64,000 nt of DNA from a virus, in IMG/VR virus record IMGVR_UViG_3300000976_000009, positions 109,151 through 173,150 of that record, one strand, 5' to 3'. The notes beneath the pieces are model-generated. The model was given only the letters and a program-made list of their open reading frames with translations, did not search any database and was not told the DNA's origin. Position numbers and translations under genes: made by a program. This document shows positions 21,352 through 31,676 of this stretch, piece by piece (the first letter of the stretch is position 1; each line of letters opens with the position of its first letter).

Positions 21352-22020
21352 ATGAATATTGAAAAAAGAATAAAAGCATTACAACCATACGTTATACAAA
21401 TGAGATTTTCAAATGGGGTAGGGATTGTTGATGTAGTTTTTAAAGACGGGTGGAAAGTTCCAAGCTCAAAAGTAATTGATGCTATTAAAGGTGAAGATGA
21501 AAGTGTTAATTATTATATGTTCTATACTGAACAAGAAGATTTAGGTCTTGATGATGTATTAGATTATATTGAACAAGTGATTAATATGAATGTTGAGAGG
21601 GAAAAGAAGTACGAATTGTTAAAAGTGAAAACCGAGGAACTAAAAGACGTATTCAGAAAAAACTCATTATCAAAACTACAAAATATGAAATTTGTATTAG
21701 GTAGTGAAAAATTAATTCCAGACAGCATGCCAGAGGATTTCGATGATATGTCTGTCATAGATAGTATTGATGCACCAACTAATGAAGAAGTCAAGGTGGA
21801 AGAACAGAAAGTGGTTGAGAAACCAATTCAAGAAGACCAAAGTACCAATGAAATTCAAGAAACACTAGTACCACCAAGAAAAGTTGGTAATCAAGAAATT
21901 GAACTACCACCAAAAGGTCAGAAGATTGAATTAAAAGATTACTCAGAACCAACTGTGGTCTGCAATTGTGTGGGGGATGATGTATGCCCCGTATGTATTG
22001 AAGAAAAAATGGCATATTAA
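21352..22020 (+). CDS. Hypothetical protein with C-terminal Cys cluster
   Basis: CNC....CPVC at the C-terminus; start moved to ATG 21352. Confidence 0.6.
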   Translation: MNIEKRIKALQPYVIQMRFSNGVGIVDVVFKDGWKVPSSKVIDAIKGEDESVNYYMFYTEQEDLGLDDVLDYIEQVINMNVEREKKYELLKVKTEELKDVFRKNSLSKLQNMKFVLGSEKLIPDSMPEDFDDMSVIDSIDAPTNEEVKVEEQKVVEKPIQEDQSTNEIQETLVPPRKVGNQEIELPPKGQKIELKDYSEPTVVCNCVGDDVCPVCIEEKMAY

Positions 22021-22045
22021 AAAAAGCTCCTTTTCGGGAGCTTTT

Positions 22046-22354
22046 TTATGATTCAAGTTTTTCTTGGATTGTGTGAAGCACCCATACTGCACCAGAAGCG
22101 AGGCAACCATCAAAGAATATATTTAGGTATTCAATTGGTATATTTAATTGACCAGTTGGTGAATACATAAATAATGAGAGTAATACCCCCCACCAAAAAG
22201 GTAAACACATCATACAACCAAATAGTTTACTAAAGAATGTTGGTTTTTCTGAATCAACACCCACAAGGTCTCTGAAATTTTGAAAAATAGTCCCAAAGAC
22301 CATAATATTACTTGCCCCATATGCGACAAGTATAAATACTAATAATGCTACCAT
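22046..22354 (-). CDS. Membrane protein with CxxC (DUF1360-like)
   Basis: TM helices, LFGCMMCLPFW. Confidence 0.5.
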   Translation of the reverse strand: MVALLVFILVAYGASNIMVFGTIFQNFRDLVGVDSEKPTFFSKLFGCMMCLPFWWGVLLSLFMYSPTGQLNIPIEYLNIFFDGCLASGAVWVLHTIQEKLES

Positions 22355-22417
22355 AATTTTTATTTTAATTATAATCATTATGGTATAATAAGTCAATATT
22401 TATTATAAAAAAGTTCT

Positions 22418-22810
22418 ATGGAAGAAATTAGAAAAGAAGAAAATTTTGCTGGGGTTCTAGTAAAAGCTAAAGATACAGGTAGAGTATTTTTAATGTTAAG
22501 ATGTCCTAGCCCTAATCATGGGTTAACTTGGGGATTGATAAGTGGTGGTATTGATAGTGATGAAGATGTACTTGAGGGACTTAAAAGGGAAGTTACTGAG
22601 GAAACACAAATTGACCCAAACATTATTGATTATAATTTTATATATGATGAAGATGAGAGAGATGGTGTATTTTATTACTATGAAGGCTTTACTGATTCAG
22701 AATTTATACCTACATTGGATTATGAAAATCTAGAATATGGTTGGTTTGATATCGATAATTTACCAAATCCATTATATCCAGAGCTTATAGATAAAATTAA
22801 AGCAATATGA
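22418..22810 (+). CDS. NUDIX hydrolase
   Basis: GGIDSDEDVLEGLKREVTEET Nudix box. Confidence 0.85.
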   Translation: MEEIRKEENFAGVLVKAKDTGRVFLMLRCPSPNHGLTWGLISGGIDSDEDVLEGLKREVTEETQIDPNIIDYNFIYDEDERDGVFYYYEGFTDSEFIPTLDYENLEYGWFDIDNLPNPLYPELIDKIKAI

Positions 22811-23133
22811 ATGAAGAAAAAGACTATTCCTTTGAAAAAGGTTATATGAGTATCCATGAATTATTAGCGGCTAATGGTGTTAATCAGAGGAACTTAATTA
22901 ATGAAGTTGAAAGGGAAGAAAAAATTGAGGGTAGAGAAAGCTATGATATGATTGAAGCTGATATCGAATCCAATAAGAGAAAAACTAATTTAGCTAAGGA
23001 GCGTTTCATCAGTGAGATGAAAAGAGGTCTTGGGGAATCAATTAAAAATAATCCAAATAGTGGTAGGGTTATTAAGAAATCTTTATTTTCTAGATTAGGA
23101 GAAACAATAAAAAAAATATTTACAAGGTTTTAA
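22807..23133 (+). CDS. Hypothetical protein
   Basis: ORF track, ATGA overlap. Confidence 0.55.
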   Translation: MNEEKDYSFEKGYMSIHELLAANGVNQRNLINEVEREEKIEGRESYDMIEADIESNKRKTNLAKERFISEMKRGLGESIKNNPNSGRVIKKSLFSRLGETIKKIFTRF

Positions 23134-23134
23134 A

Positions 23135-23365
23135 ATGACATACGAACAAGTATTACAAACGATTAGAAATATTCTAGAGAATGAATTAATTGAAAAAGAA
23201 GGTTTAACACTAACTTATCAATTAGATAGATATAAGCATAGACAATTAGATGAAGAAGTTTATATTCAAATACATGAACATATAAATGGTCATGAACATA
23301 GTGACGTATTTGAGATTGAGTTAGGTGGTATTTTAGTTAAATTTATTCAAAAAGATTTGGATTAA
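23135..23365 (+). CDS. Hypothetical protein
   Basis: ORF track. Confidence 0.55.
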   Translation: MTYEQVLQTIRNILENELIEKEGLTLTYQLDRYKHRQLDEEVYIQIHEHINGHEHSDVFEIELGGILVKFIQKDLD

Positions 23366-23391
23366 ACAAATATGTTCATTATATTTGTCAT

Positions 23392-23910
23392 ATGAATGAT
23401 AAAAAAGACACCAAAGAAATAATTAAAGAAGATTATTCAATATCTGGTTTATATTACAATTACAAAAATAAAAACAATGATGATATTAGAAATTTTCTTG
23501 GTGGGTGTAAAATTGTACACTTAAATAATGGTGGATATTATCCATTGACAGATGAAGGTCTTGAAGAGATATTACCAAAACCTAGGGGTAAGTCATTAAG
23601 TATTGATATTACTAATACAAAGAATAAAGAATTGGTTGGACTTAGAGAGTATAAGGAAATTACATATCTTGTTAAGTCTAATTCTAGATTTTTCTTAAAA
23701 CCAGATATTGGTGAAATTATTGACCAAATTAGTTTTGGTGATTACCATTCGTCTACTATTAAAGCGATAGTTTTCAGACCAGATGATTATGAAACTCTAC
23801 CAAATACTGAGGGTGAACATTTCATTATGAAAGCCACATTATTGGTAGATGAAAACTTAACCTCAGTTTGGACAACTAATGAGGGTTGGATTTGTACAAC
23901 AATTAGATAA
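23392..23910 (+). CDS. Hypothetical protein
   Basis: ORF behind a TATATTTG promoter. Confidence 0.55.
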   Translation: MNDKKDTKEIIKEDYSISGLYYNYKNKNNDDIRNFLGGCKIVHLNNGGYYPLTDEGLEEILPKPRGKSLSIDITNTKNKELVGLREYKEITYLVKSNSRFFLKPDIGEIIDQISFGDYHSSTIKAIVFRPDDYETLPNTEGEHFIMKATLLVDENLTSVWTTNEGWICTTIR

Positions 23911-24218
23911 TGAGAAAATTAAAGATAAAATTTAAAGCTTTCTGGCGAAGGACCAAAAACTTATTCAAAAGAGAAAAGAGTCAAACCAAGAAAGCAATTA
24001 AAATACTAAAGAAGGTCATTAAAAACGAAGACCCAACCCCAGAAGAAATTAGATTTTTAAAAGGACAATCAATTGATTTAGTTAAAATAGTTGGTTTAAT
24101 GGGTTTAAGTGCAGTATCGGTAGCAATACCAATAGCGTTAGAGAAGTCATTAAATAAGTGGGATATTTCTATTATGCCTAAAGACCAAGAAAAAATTGAT
24201 AATGGAAAAAAAGATTAA
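23910..24218 (+). CDS. Hypothetical protein
   Basis: ORF track. Confidence 0.5.
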   Translation: MRKLKIKFKAFWRRTKNLFKREKSQTKKAIKILKKVIKNEDPTPEEIRFLKGQSIDLVKIVGLMGLSAVSVAIPIALEKSLNKWDISIMPKDQEKIDNGKKD

Positions 24219-24672
24219 AGATATAACTAAACATAATTTAGGTTATTATATGGGTGAGCTAATGGTTGACCAATTACCTAGATTAAGTATTGATGGTGGG
24301 AAAATTCAAGTTACTTGGGGTGAGGCTCAAGAATATAAGAGATTACATGATGCTTGGTTCGAACTTGTTGGTTTTAAGAGTGAAGAAAATAAACCACTAA
24401 GAGAGGTATGGGTCCCATTATGGAATGCACAGTTAACTGAAAGATATCGTTTAAAGGAGAAATATTTACCACATATTAAGAAATTCTATTTACCAATGGT
24501 AGAATTAGATGATATTAAATATGGTATGCAAGTTTCTTTATGGAATTCTGATATTTGTGAATATGATATTGAACTAGATGCAATAGATATTGTGAATGAA
24601 GACCATTTTACTGTGGTATCTCTTAAATTAGGCTTGAATATACCAATACAAAAAATTGAAAATGATGCTTAA
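24202..24672 (+). CDS. Hypothetical protein
   Basis: ORF track. Confidence 0.55.
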   Translation: MEKKIKDITKHNLGYYMGELMVDQLPRLSIDGGKIQVTWGEAQEYKRLHDAWFELVGFKSEENKPLREVWVPLWNAQLTERYRLKEKYLPHIKKFYLPMVELDDIKYGMQVSLWNSDICEYDIELDAIDIVNEDHFTVVSLKLGLNIPIQKIENDA

Positions 24673-25291
24673 AAATTATGCAAGAGAGAATAACTTAAAA
24701 TTAGTTGCTGGTATGGATGAAGTTGGTTGGGGGGCATTCGCTGGACCAATTGTAACGGCAGCTGTTATATTACCACCAGAGTTCGAATCAGAATTAATAG
24801 TAGACTCTAAACTTATTTGTAAGTCAAAAACTAAGATGCAGAAAGCATATGATTTGATTATGGAGAATGCATTATATGTTAGTTGTACAGCTGTACAAGC
24901 TGGTGTTATTAATGAAATCGAACCAATGCCAGCATTAACTAAGTGTTTACATGAGTCAGTTGATGGTTTAGGTGAAATACCAGAGCATTTATTGGTTGAT
25001 GGTGATAAATACACTTCTGGACACAATATACCATTCACATTGGTAGCTAAGGGTGATAATACATATCTTTCAATAGCAGCAGCTGCTATTGTGGCTAAGT
25101 ATAGACGAGATGAATATATGACTAAAGTTCATGATAAATTCCCACATTATAATTTTAAAGGTAGTAAAGGTTATTACTGTGGTAAACACAAGATTGGATT
25201 AATGGAATATGGTAAGTGTCGTTATCATAGAGATAAGTATGTAAATACTTGGACTAAGAATAAAGGAATAACACTACCAAATGGAAATTAG
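24662..25291 (+). CDS. rnhB: Ribonuclease HII
   Basis: AGMDEVG.GAFAGP, DSK, LLVDG, KGD...SIAAAAIVAK..RD, KGY. Confidence 0.9.
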   Translation: MMLKNYARENNLKLVAGMDEVGWGAFAGPIVTAAVILPPEFESELIVDSKLICKSKTKMQKAYDLIMENALYVSCTAVQAGVINEIEPMPALTKCLHESVDGLGEIPEHLLVDGDKYTSGHNIPFTLVAKGDNTYLSIAAAAIVAKYRRDEYMTKVHDKFPHYNFKGSKGYYCGKHKIGLMEYGKCRYHRDKYVNTWTKNKGITLPNGN

Positions 25292-25529
25292 ACCAGATGT
25301 TGATAAATTAAAGTTAGGTGGGGTAGCCAATATAACAGATGACCAACAGGAAAGGTTGTGTGAAATTTGTGAGGACTGCATATTTGGTCATTCAGTCAAT
25401 ACAAACCAATATAATATGTGTGAAGGTTCACATTGTGATGATGCGTTTGAATATTACATTGATGAACTGGAAGATGAGCGTGATGAAAACGTAAAATTTT
25501 TAGAAAAAATATTCAATGACATTATGTGA
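25281..25529 (+). CDS. Cys-rich hypothetical protein
   Basis: ORF track. Confidence 0.5.
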   Translation: MEIRPDVDKLKLGGVANITDDQQERLCEICEDCIFGHSVNTNQYNMCEGSHCDDAFEYYIDELEDERDENVKFLEKIFNDIM

Positions 25530-25716
25530 GGCTTATAATAGGGTTAATTCAAAAGGAATGACTCCGTGGATTGCATACGGAATAATAAAATGGAATGATG
25601 GTTATTGTATTCTTGGGTCAGAATATATAAAACGTTTTCCAGATTTAAAATATCTTTACATACGAAAGGGTGAGGCATTTCCTAATTCACCAGTATTCAT
25701 TAGAAAAATTGAATAA
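25516..25716 (+). CDS. Hypothetical protein
   Basis: ORF track. Confidence 0.5.
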   Translation: MTLCEAYNRVNSKGMTPWIAYGIIKWNDGYCILGSEYIKRFPDLKYLYIRKGEAFPNSPVFIRKIE

Positions 25717-25772
25717 AAATTTGCTTTATTAAAATAAATGCCTTATATTTGTTTCAAATTAAAACCAATAAT

Positions 25773-26267
25773 ATGAAAAAGATAGTATTTTTAATTACAA
25801 TTTTAGGATTAGTATTTACGTCATGTAAGAAAGAATTATTAGAACCTAACTATATTGAGGTTCCAGAAGTAGATGTTGATACAACAGCTTGGAACTCTGG
25901 ATATGGTGATGGAGGAACATTACCAAATGGTGGTGGGACATTTACTAATGATTTAATTGGGACAACTTGGGTATTAACTAAGATTGTTTCCGCATTCGCA
26001 ACAGAATACCCAAATGATACAATTTACTTTTTGGATAACACACATTATACTTTAAACAACGGAGCGGTGAGAAACTACCAATTTAGCTCACTTCCTAGTT
26101 CAAGTAACTTTGATTTAAGCTTATATTATTTCGCACCGTTTGGCGGTAGCCACTATTCTGGACAAGTTGGTCAATACTTTATAGATGATGGTGAAATAAA
26201 TAATGTCGAATTTATTGACATTCAAAACCCAAGTACAATAACAAGAGCTTGGTTAGTTAAACTTTAA
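25773..26267 (+). CDS. Lipoprotein (Bacteroidota-type signal)
   Basis: MKKIVFLITILGLVFTS-CKKE lipobox. Confidence 0.7.
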   Translation: MKKIVFLITILGLVFTSCKKELLEPNYIEVPEVDVDTTAWNSGYGDGGTLPNGGGTFTNDLIGTTWVLTKIVSAFATEYPNDTIYFLDNTHYTLNNGAVRNYQFSSLPSSSNFDLSLYYFAPFGGSHYSGQVGQYFIDDGEINNVEFIDIQNPSTITRAWLVKL

Positions 26268-26269
26268 CA

Positions 26270-26461
26270 ATGGAAAAAAACGAAGAGAAAGCAGAATTGT
26301 ACAACCAGTATGTTCGTAACGGTAGTCGATTAGAGAGAGAAATCTCAAAATTAAAAGCAGACAATGTTCCAAATATTCCACTTCATATTCAACAAACAAT
26401 TGATAAAAAGAAACGTGAATTAGATTTTTGGGATAAAAAATTAAAAGAATTATATACATAA
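26270..26461 (+). CDS. Small coiled-coil hypothetical protein
   Basis: ORF track. Confidence 0.5.
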   Translation: MEKNEEKAELYNQYVRNGSRLEREISKLKADNVPNIPLHIQQTIDKKKRELDFWDKKLKELYT

Positions 26462-26522
26462 ATTTTGATAATTGAAATATTATCATTATATTTACACTAT
26501 TATTAACAAAAAGAAAAAAAAG

Positions 26523-27068
26523 ATGAAAAAGGTATTATTAGGATTAGTATTATTAGGATTAGTATTTACGTCATGTAAGAAAGAAACATTTGAACCAATT
26601 GAGCCAGCACCAGCAGTTGTTGACCCAGCTGATACCACAACAACAATTGTTGATTCAACAACTGTTGTTGATTATGGAAATGATAATGATGGTACTCAAT
26701 TATTCCCACAATTTGCTTTAAAAATTTGTGGTGCCACTAGTGGACATAATGTTGGTTCTATTGTAGATTCAATAGTTTTCACCAATTATACTAAAGGATA
26801 CGTTAAAGTTAAAACAGCTTTAGATATTACAAATGACCCTTGGTTGGGGTGGACCAATGTTTCAACACCAAGTGATGGTGAGGGTATTGGATATAGTATT
26901 CCAGAGGCAATTATTACGACTGGTGATTCATGTAACCTAAGTGTTTATATGAGTGCAGACCAAGGACAATATGGATATTCAGAAATGGGTTTCACACAAG
27001 TTAATTTGATTTCTGAGTATGGAAGCATGGTAACACCAACCCATTATTCACATACTGATAGTTACTAA
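26523..27068 (+). CDS. Lipoprotein (Bacteroidota-type signal)
   Basis: MKKVLLGLVLLGLVFTS-CKKE lipobox. Confidence 0.7.
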   Translation: MKKVLLGLVLLGLVFTSCKKETFEPIEPAPAVVDPADTTTTIVDSTTVVDYGNDNDGTQLFPQFALKICGATSGHNVGSIVDSIVFTNYTKGYVKVKTALDITNDPWLGWTNVSTPSDGEGIGYSIPEAIITTGDSCNLSVYMSADQGQYGYSEMGFTQVNLISEYGSMVTPTHYSHTDSY

Positions 27069-27097
27069 TTAACTTTAATTCAGCTATTTAAAAAATA

Positions 27098-27152
27098 ATA
27101 TGAACTTATTTTTAAAAAAGTCTTGCTATTTAAAAATAAGTTCATATATTTG
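27098..27152 (+). promoter_or_regulatory. Host-type promoter embedded in a perfect 19-bp inverted repeat
   Basis: ATATGAACTTATTTTTAAA-N12-TTTAAAAATAAGTTCATAT; TTG in the spacer, TATATTTG at 27145-27152. Confidence 0.65.
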
Positions 27153-27209
27153 TACCACGCTAAAATTCAAAAATTATAATAATTTTTAAATTTAAAAACA
27201 TTTAACGCT

Positions 27210-28667
27210 ATGGCTAGATTACTAGATGCAATGAGAACTGGAGATGCAGTTACTCAAAACGGAATGAAGACAAATTCTTCAACTTTAAACCACTGTGTGG
27301 ATTTATTTTCAATGATTGGTGCCGCAAGAGGTGCTGACAAGCAAAGAAAAATTAACAACTTTATTAAAGCTTTCAATGAGGATGCCCTTACAGCTATGAA
27401 AATAGTCTTTTGGGTAAGAGATGTTAGAGGTGGTGCTGGTGAAAGACAAACTGGTATTGATATTATGACTTATTTAGCTGATAACCATACTGAGGTTATG
27501 AGGAAGAATATTCACCTTATTCCAGAGTATGGGAGATGGGCTGATATATTACCTTTACTTGATACTAAATTGGGTGATGATGCATTGACATTAATTGCTA
27601 AGGGTCTTGAAGGTGGTGATGCTCTTTGTGCAAAGTGGTGTCCAAGAGGTAACGGTAACAACAGAGATAAGAAGAGATGGGCTAAGGCAATTAGAAACCA
27701 TTTAGGTCTTGAACCAAAAGCATATAGAGCATTAGTTGTAGGTATGTCAGATACTGTTGAGCAAAAAATGTGTGCTAGGGAATTTGAAGCAATAAATTAT
27801 GGTCATGTTCCTTCAAAGGCAATGTCTGACTATATGAAGGCTTTTGGTAGGAGAGATTATGATAGGTTTTCTAAGTTCCTTGACTCAGTAAAGAAGGGTG
27901 AAGCTAAGATTAATGCTGGTGCCGTATACCCATACGATATTACAAAGAACATGCGTAATGGGAGTGCTTCTGGTGCTGATGTACAATGGGATGCATTACC
28001 TAACTATATGGAAGGTAATGTTGAGAGAGTTATGCCAATGGTTGATGTTTCTGGTTCTATGAGTTGTGCTGCTGGTAGAGCTCAAAGGGGTAGAGATTAC
28101 ACTAGTTGCATGGATGTTGCAATTTCATTAGGTTTATATATTTCAGAGAGAAACGAGGGTGTATTCAAGGATGCATTTTTAACATTCTCAGCTAAACCAG
28201 AGCTACAAATTACTAAAGGTACTTTGTCTGAGAGATATAAGCAAATGAGTAGAGCTAATTGGGGTATGAACACTAACCTTACAGCTGCATTTTCAACTAT
28301 GTTGGATAGTGCAATAAGAGGAAATGTTCCAGCCAATGAAATGCCAACTATGATTCTTGTCTTAAGTGATATGGAATTTGATAGATGCGCTTCTGGTGGG
28401 TGGAATAAGTCTGCCCTTGAGATGATGACTGAGAAGTATAAAGCAGCTGGGTATGATATACCAAAGGTTACTTTCTGGAATATTAACTCTATGAATGATA
28501 AAAATAAACCAGCACAACACAATGATAGAGGTGTTGCACTGGTATCTGGATTTAGTCCAGCAATATTAAAGACATTATTGTCTGGTGTGTTTACTCCAGA
28601 GTTGACACCATATGAGATGATGATGGAAGTTATTGGTGATGACCGATATTCGGCAGTAACCATATAA
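27210..28667 (+). CDS. DUF2828-like protein (TROVE/Ro60-like helical region + vWA domain)
   Basis: VTQNG..TNSST, FWVRDVRGGAGER, IPEYGRWAD, AKWCPR, vWA MIDAS VDVSGSM, VLSDMEFD, FWN, LVSGFSP. Confidence 0.75.
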   Translation: MARLLDAMRTGDAVTQNGMKTNSSTLNHCVDLFSMIGAARGADKQRKINNFIKAFNEDALTAMKIVFWVRDVRGGAGERQTGIDIMTYLADNHTEVMRKNIHLIPEYGRWADILPLLDTKLGDDALTLIAKGLEGGDALCAKWCPRGNGNNRDKKRWAKAIRNHLGLEPKAYRALVVGMSDTVEQKMCAREFEAINYGHVPSKAMSDYMKAFGRRDYDRFSKFLDSVKKGEAKINAGAVYPYDITKNMRNGSASGADVQWDALPNYMEGNVERVMPMVDVSGSMSCAAGRAQRGRDYTSCMDVAISLGLYISERNEGVFKDAFLTFSAKPELQITKGTLSERYKQMSRANWGMNTNLTAAFSTMLDSAIRGNVPANEMPTMILVLSDMEFDRCASGGWNKSALEMMTEKYKAAGYDIPKVTFWNINSMNDKNKPAQHNDRGVALVSGFSPAILKTLLSGVFTPELTPYEMMMEVIGDDRYSAVTI

Positions 28668-28715
28668 GAGATAGAGAGACTATGTACTTCGGTATATGGT
28701 CTTTCTTGTTTTACG

Positions 28716-28912
28716 CTATCTAAAAGAATACTTTCTGCAATCGTAAACTTAAATTTGATTTATATATACAAACAGAAAAGAGGGGTTTCAAGTAAGTTCC
28801 CCCAAGAATGTGCATATTCGTATCCACATTACGGACGTTTAGTCTAACAAACAAAAATTTATATTCCTAACAGAGCTATGGAATTAAAATTAGCTACCGT
28901 ATTCTGGGATAG
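28716..28912 (+). ncRNA. CAGCAA-family small RNA, copy A (long form)
   Basis: Terminal stems CTATC/GATAG and AGAATAC/GTATTCT; CTGCAA after the 5' strand; internal AAAGAGGGGTTT..TTCCCC and TAGCT blocks shared with copy B; followed by a terminator. Confidence 0.6.
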
Positions 28913-29017
28913 AAAAAAATTAAGGTCTAACAAATTGTTAGACCTTTTTTTATGCTTTACACTTTAAAATATTTTCATTAAGTTTGTATTATAACAAATA
29001 AATGAAGCTATAATGAA

Positions 29018-29281
29018 ATGAAAATAGTAGTAAAACATGTTGACAACTTAAATAGTTCGTTAATTAAAACAAGGGAAGAAGTACCACAATATTTAGTGTA
29101 TTTAATGACTGATGATAATATTTCAATTAGTTGTGATATTACAAATGGTAATATTGATAAATTAAAATTAATCAATAATTTACAAAGTGGTTATAGTGAA
29201 CAGTTACTAATTGAAGAAATAACACTTGATGTGTTTAAAAATAACGTATTATTAAATGAAGATAACAATGTCGGAAATTAA
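29018..29281 (+). CDS. Hypothetical protein
   Basis: ORF behind a TAAGTTTG promoter. Confidence 0.5.
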   Translation: MKIVVKHVDNLNSSLIKTREEVPQYLVYLMTDDNISISCDITNGNIDKLKLINNLQSGYSEQLLIEEITLDVFKNNVLLNEDNNVGN

Positions 29282-29606
29282 TCAATCATACCCACTAATA
29301 TTAGTATTCTATTTAGATAGAGAATTAATGTCAAATCCAGAAATAATAGGACCATTCGCAGACCATATAAATAATACAATTGCAATTAGGGAGGCTAATG
29401 CAATGGCATTTTTTTTACCGACTGATGGTGAAGAAAAAATTGAGTGTATTAACCCTATTCAAGTTGAACCAGCTAAGATGGAAAAAATAAATAGAATGTT
29501 AGACCAAATATCTGAAAACTTTTTTGATATTGGTCAAGGGGCTGATGATGGTAAAGATGATGATGATAACATCATTGAAATACCAAATGAAAACACAGAA
29601 GATTAA
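29256..29606 (+). CDS. Hypothetical protein
   Basis: ORF track; true start may be a few codons downstream. Confidence 0.55.
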   Translation: MKITMSEINQSYPLILVFYLDRELMSNPEIIGPFADHINNTIAIREANAMAFFLPTDGEEKIECINPIQVEPAKMEKINRMLDQISENFFDIGQGADDGKDDDDNIIEIPNENTED

Positions 29607-29845
29607 TGTGGTATGTCTATATGGTGGAGTGTGCTGATGGTACACTCTATACAGGCATCTCAAATGATGTAAAAAAAAGAATTGAGAAACATAATAGTGG
29701 TAAGGGGGCTAAATATACTCGTTCTAGAATTCCAGTAACTTTAAAATGGATTTGTGAGACTGATAATAGGTCTGAGGCATCTAAGTTGGAGTATGAAATA
29801 AAAAAACTTACTAGAAAGGCTAAATTAAAATTAATAAATAAATAA
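29606..29845 (+). CDS. GIY-YIG nuclease family protein (YhbQ/UPF0213-like)
   Basis: WYVYMVECADGTLYTGISND..KRI..HNSGKGAKYTR. Confidence 0.88.
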   Translation: MWYVYMVECADGTLYTGISNDVKKRIEKHNSGKGAKYTRSRIPVTLKWICETDNRSEASKLEYEIKKLTRKAKLKLINK

Positions 29846-29846
29846 T

Positions 29847-30509
29847 TTAAGGTCTAGTTGTGGTTCTACGTATTTTTGTGTAAGCCCATCCAGTTTGTTC
29901 GTGAATATATTCATACATTCTACTAATGGTTGCTGGTGTTGCGGTACCTAGAAATAATAGACTTTTAATTTTAGTCTTATTTGCAGCCTTAGCTAATTCA
30001 TGATGTAGCCGTTGAGCATCCTTTTTATTTTTACAAATTACCATTTCAAATTCATTTTCATTATGGATAACTAATTTATTATGTACAACTAAAATTGATT
30101 TAACCATTTTAGCTTTATAAGCACCTTTCATTAATTTTTTGATAATATCACCGATTGTTAATCTATTAGTTTTTGGGTCATAACCGTACACCCAAAAGGT
30201 TTCTTCAATATTATATTCAGCAGAATCTAAAATTGTCCACATACCATTGAGTGGTTTTTCTTCATAGAATTTACCCTTATTATCTCTAACATTTCTATTA
30301 ACATCACCTTCTTCAATATCTTTAACTATAAGAATTTGGTATTTAACTGGTTTAATTCCATTATAGTTAATAAATTTACGTGGAAAGAACACACTTTCAT
30401 TATGTTTTTTTAATATTCTATAGTTTATATAGGCAGTTTCATCTCGTTGACATTTATATAACGTTTGCTTGTATTCATTATTTTTTGTAAGTACGATTCT
30501 ATAACCCAT
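29847..30509 (-). CDS. Hypothetical basic protein
   Basis: 220-aa ORF. Confidence 0.6.
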   Translation of the reverse strand: MGYRIVLTKNNEYKQTLYKCQRDETAYINYRILKKHNESVFFPRKFINYNGIKPVKYQILIVKDIEEGDVNRNVRDNKGKFYEEKPLNGMWTILDSAEYNIEETFWVYGYDPKTNRLTIGDIIKKLMKGAYKAKMVKSILVVHNKLVIHNENEFEMVICKNKKDAQRLHHELAKAANKTKIKSLLFLGTATPATISRMYEYIHEQTGWAYTKIRRTTTRP

Positions 30510-30579
30510 ACGATAATATAATGAAAAAAATTAAAGAATAAAGGTTGGGACTTAAAGAAAAAAACCATAAGTTTGCGGT

Positions 30580-31614
30580 ATGTCAGACAAAAGAGATTAT
30601 TATGAGGTGCTTGGTGTGGATAAAACAGCAACCGATAAGGAAATTAAAAAAGCCTATCGTAAACTTGCTTTGAAGTATCACCCAGATAAGAATCCAGACG
30701 ATGTTGAAGCTGAGGATAAATTTAAAGAGTGTGCTGAGGCATATAGTGTATTAAATGATTCTGACAAAAAAGAACAATACGATAAATTCGGTCATGATGC
30801 CCCACAAGGTTTTGGTGGGTTTGACATGGACGACCTATTCTCACAAATGGATAATATGTTTGGTGGACATAGGAAACAAAGTTTCACAGTCAGAAGGGGT
30901 CCAGACCTCGAATTAATAGTTAACTTATCTTTAGAGGAACTTTATTCTGGGGTTAATAAGAAATTCAAATATAAAAGAATGGAAACCTGTGAAGCATGTA
31001 ATGGTGTTGGCGGAACTAACCCAAAAGAATGTGGGACGTGTAAAGGTCATGGTGTTGTTGTACAAATCCAAAACACCAAATTTGGTCAAATGCAAAGTAG
31101 AGTAACCTGTCCTACATGTAATGGTGAAGGTGAAGTATTTGAAACCAAATGTAACTCTTGTAATGGTGCTGGTGTAAATCATAAAGAAACATCATTAGAT
31201 ATTGACATACCACATGGACTTAAAAATGGTGATGCAATGGCAGTTCACAATATGGGTCATGGTATTAAAAATGGTGACTATGGTAGATTAATAATTGTAA
31301 TTAATGAAAATAAACACAATGAATACAGTAGGTCTGGTAATAATTTGAAAACAATAGCAGAATTAACATATAGTGATTTAGTATTAGGTACTAAAATTAA
31401 CGTAGGTACTATTGAAGGTAAAACAATTAGGGTTACTATTCCAGAATATAGTAATGTGGGGGATAATCTAAAAGTTAAGGGTAAGGGTATGAGAATAGCT
31501 AATACTGATGATAATAGGGGTGATATGATTATTGAGTTAGACATTGATATGCCTACTGAAATTAATGAGGAAGAGAAAGAATTACTCGAAAAATTAAAAA
31601 AAATTAATAAATAG
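30580..31614 (+). CDS. dnaJ: DnaJ chaperone
   Basis: J domain with HPD, G/F region, four CxxCxGxG repeats, C-terminal domain. Confidence 0.95.
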   Translation: MSDKRDYYEVLGVDKTATDKEIKKAYRKLALKYHPDKNPDDVEAEDKFKECAEAYSVLNDSDKKEQYDKFGHDAPQGFGGFDMDDLFSQMDNMFGGHRKQSFTVRRGPDLELIVNLSLEELYSGVNKKFKYKRMETCEACNGVGGTNPKECGTCKGHGVVVQIQNTKFGQMQSRVTCPTCNGEGEVFETKCNSCNGAGVNHKETSLDIDIPHGLKNGDAMAVHNMGHGIKNGDYGRLIIVINENKHNEYSRSGNNLKTIAELTYSDLVLGTKINVGTIEGKTIRVTIPEYSNVGDNLKVKGKGMRIANTDDNRGDMIIELDIDMPTEINEEEKELLEKLKKINK

Positions 31615-31676
31615 GTTGTCGATTAGAGATAAACCTAGTAAATTTGTATAAATTCATAAACTAAAAAACAAACGAA

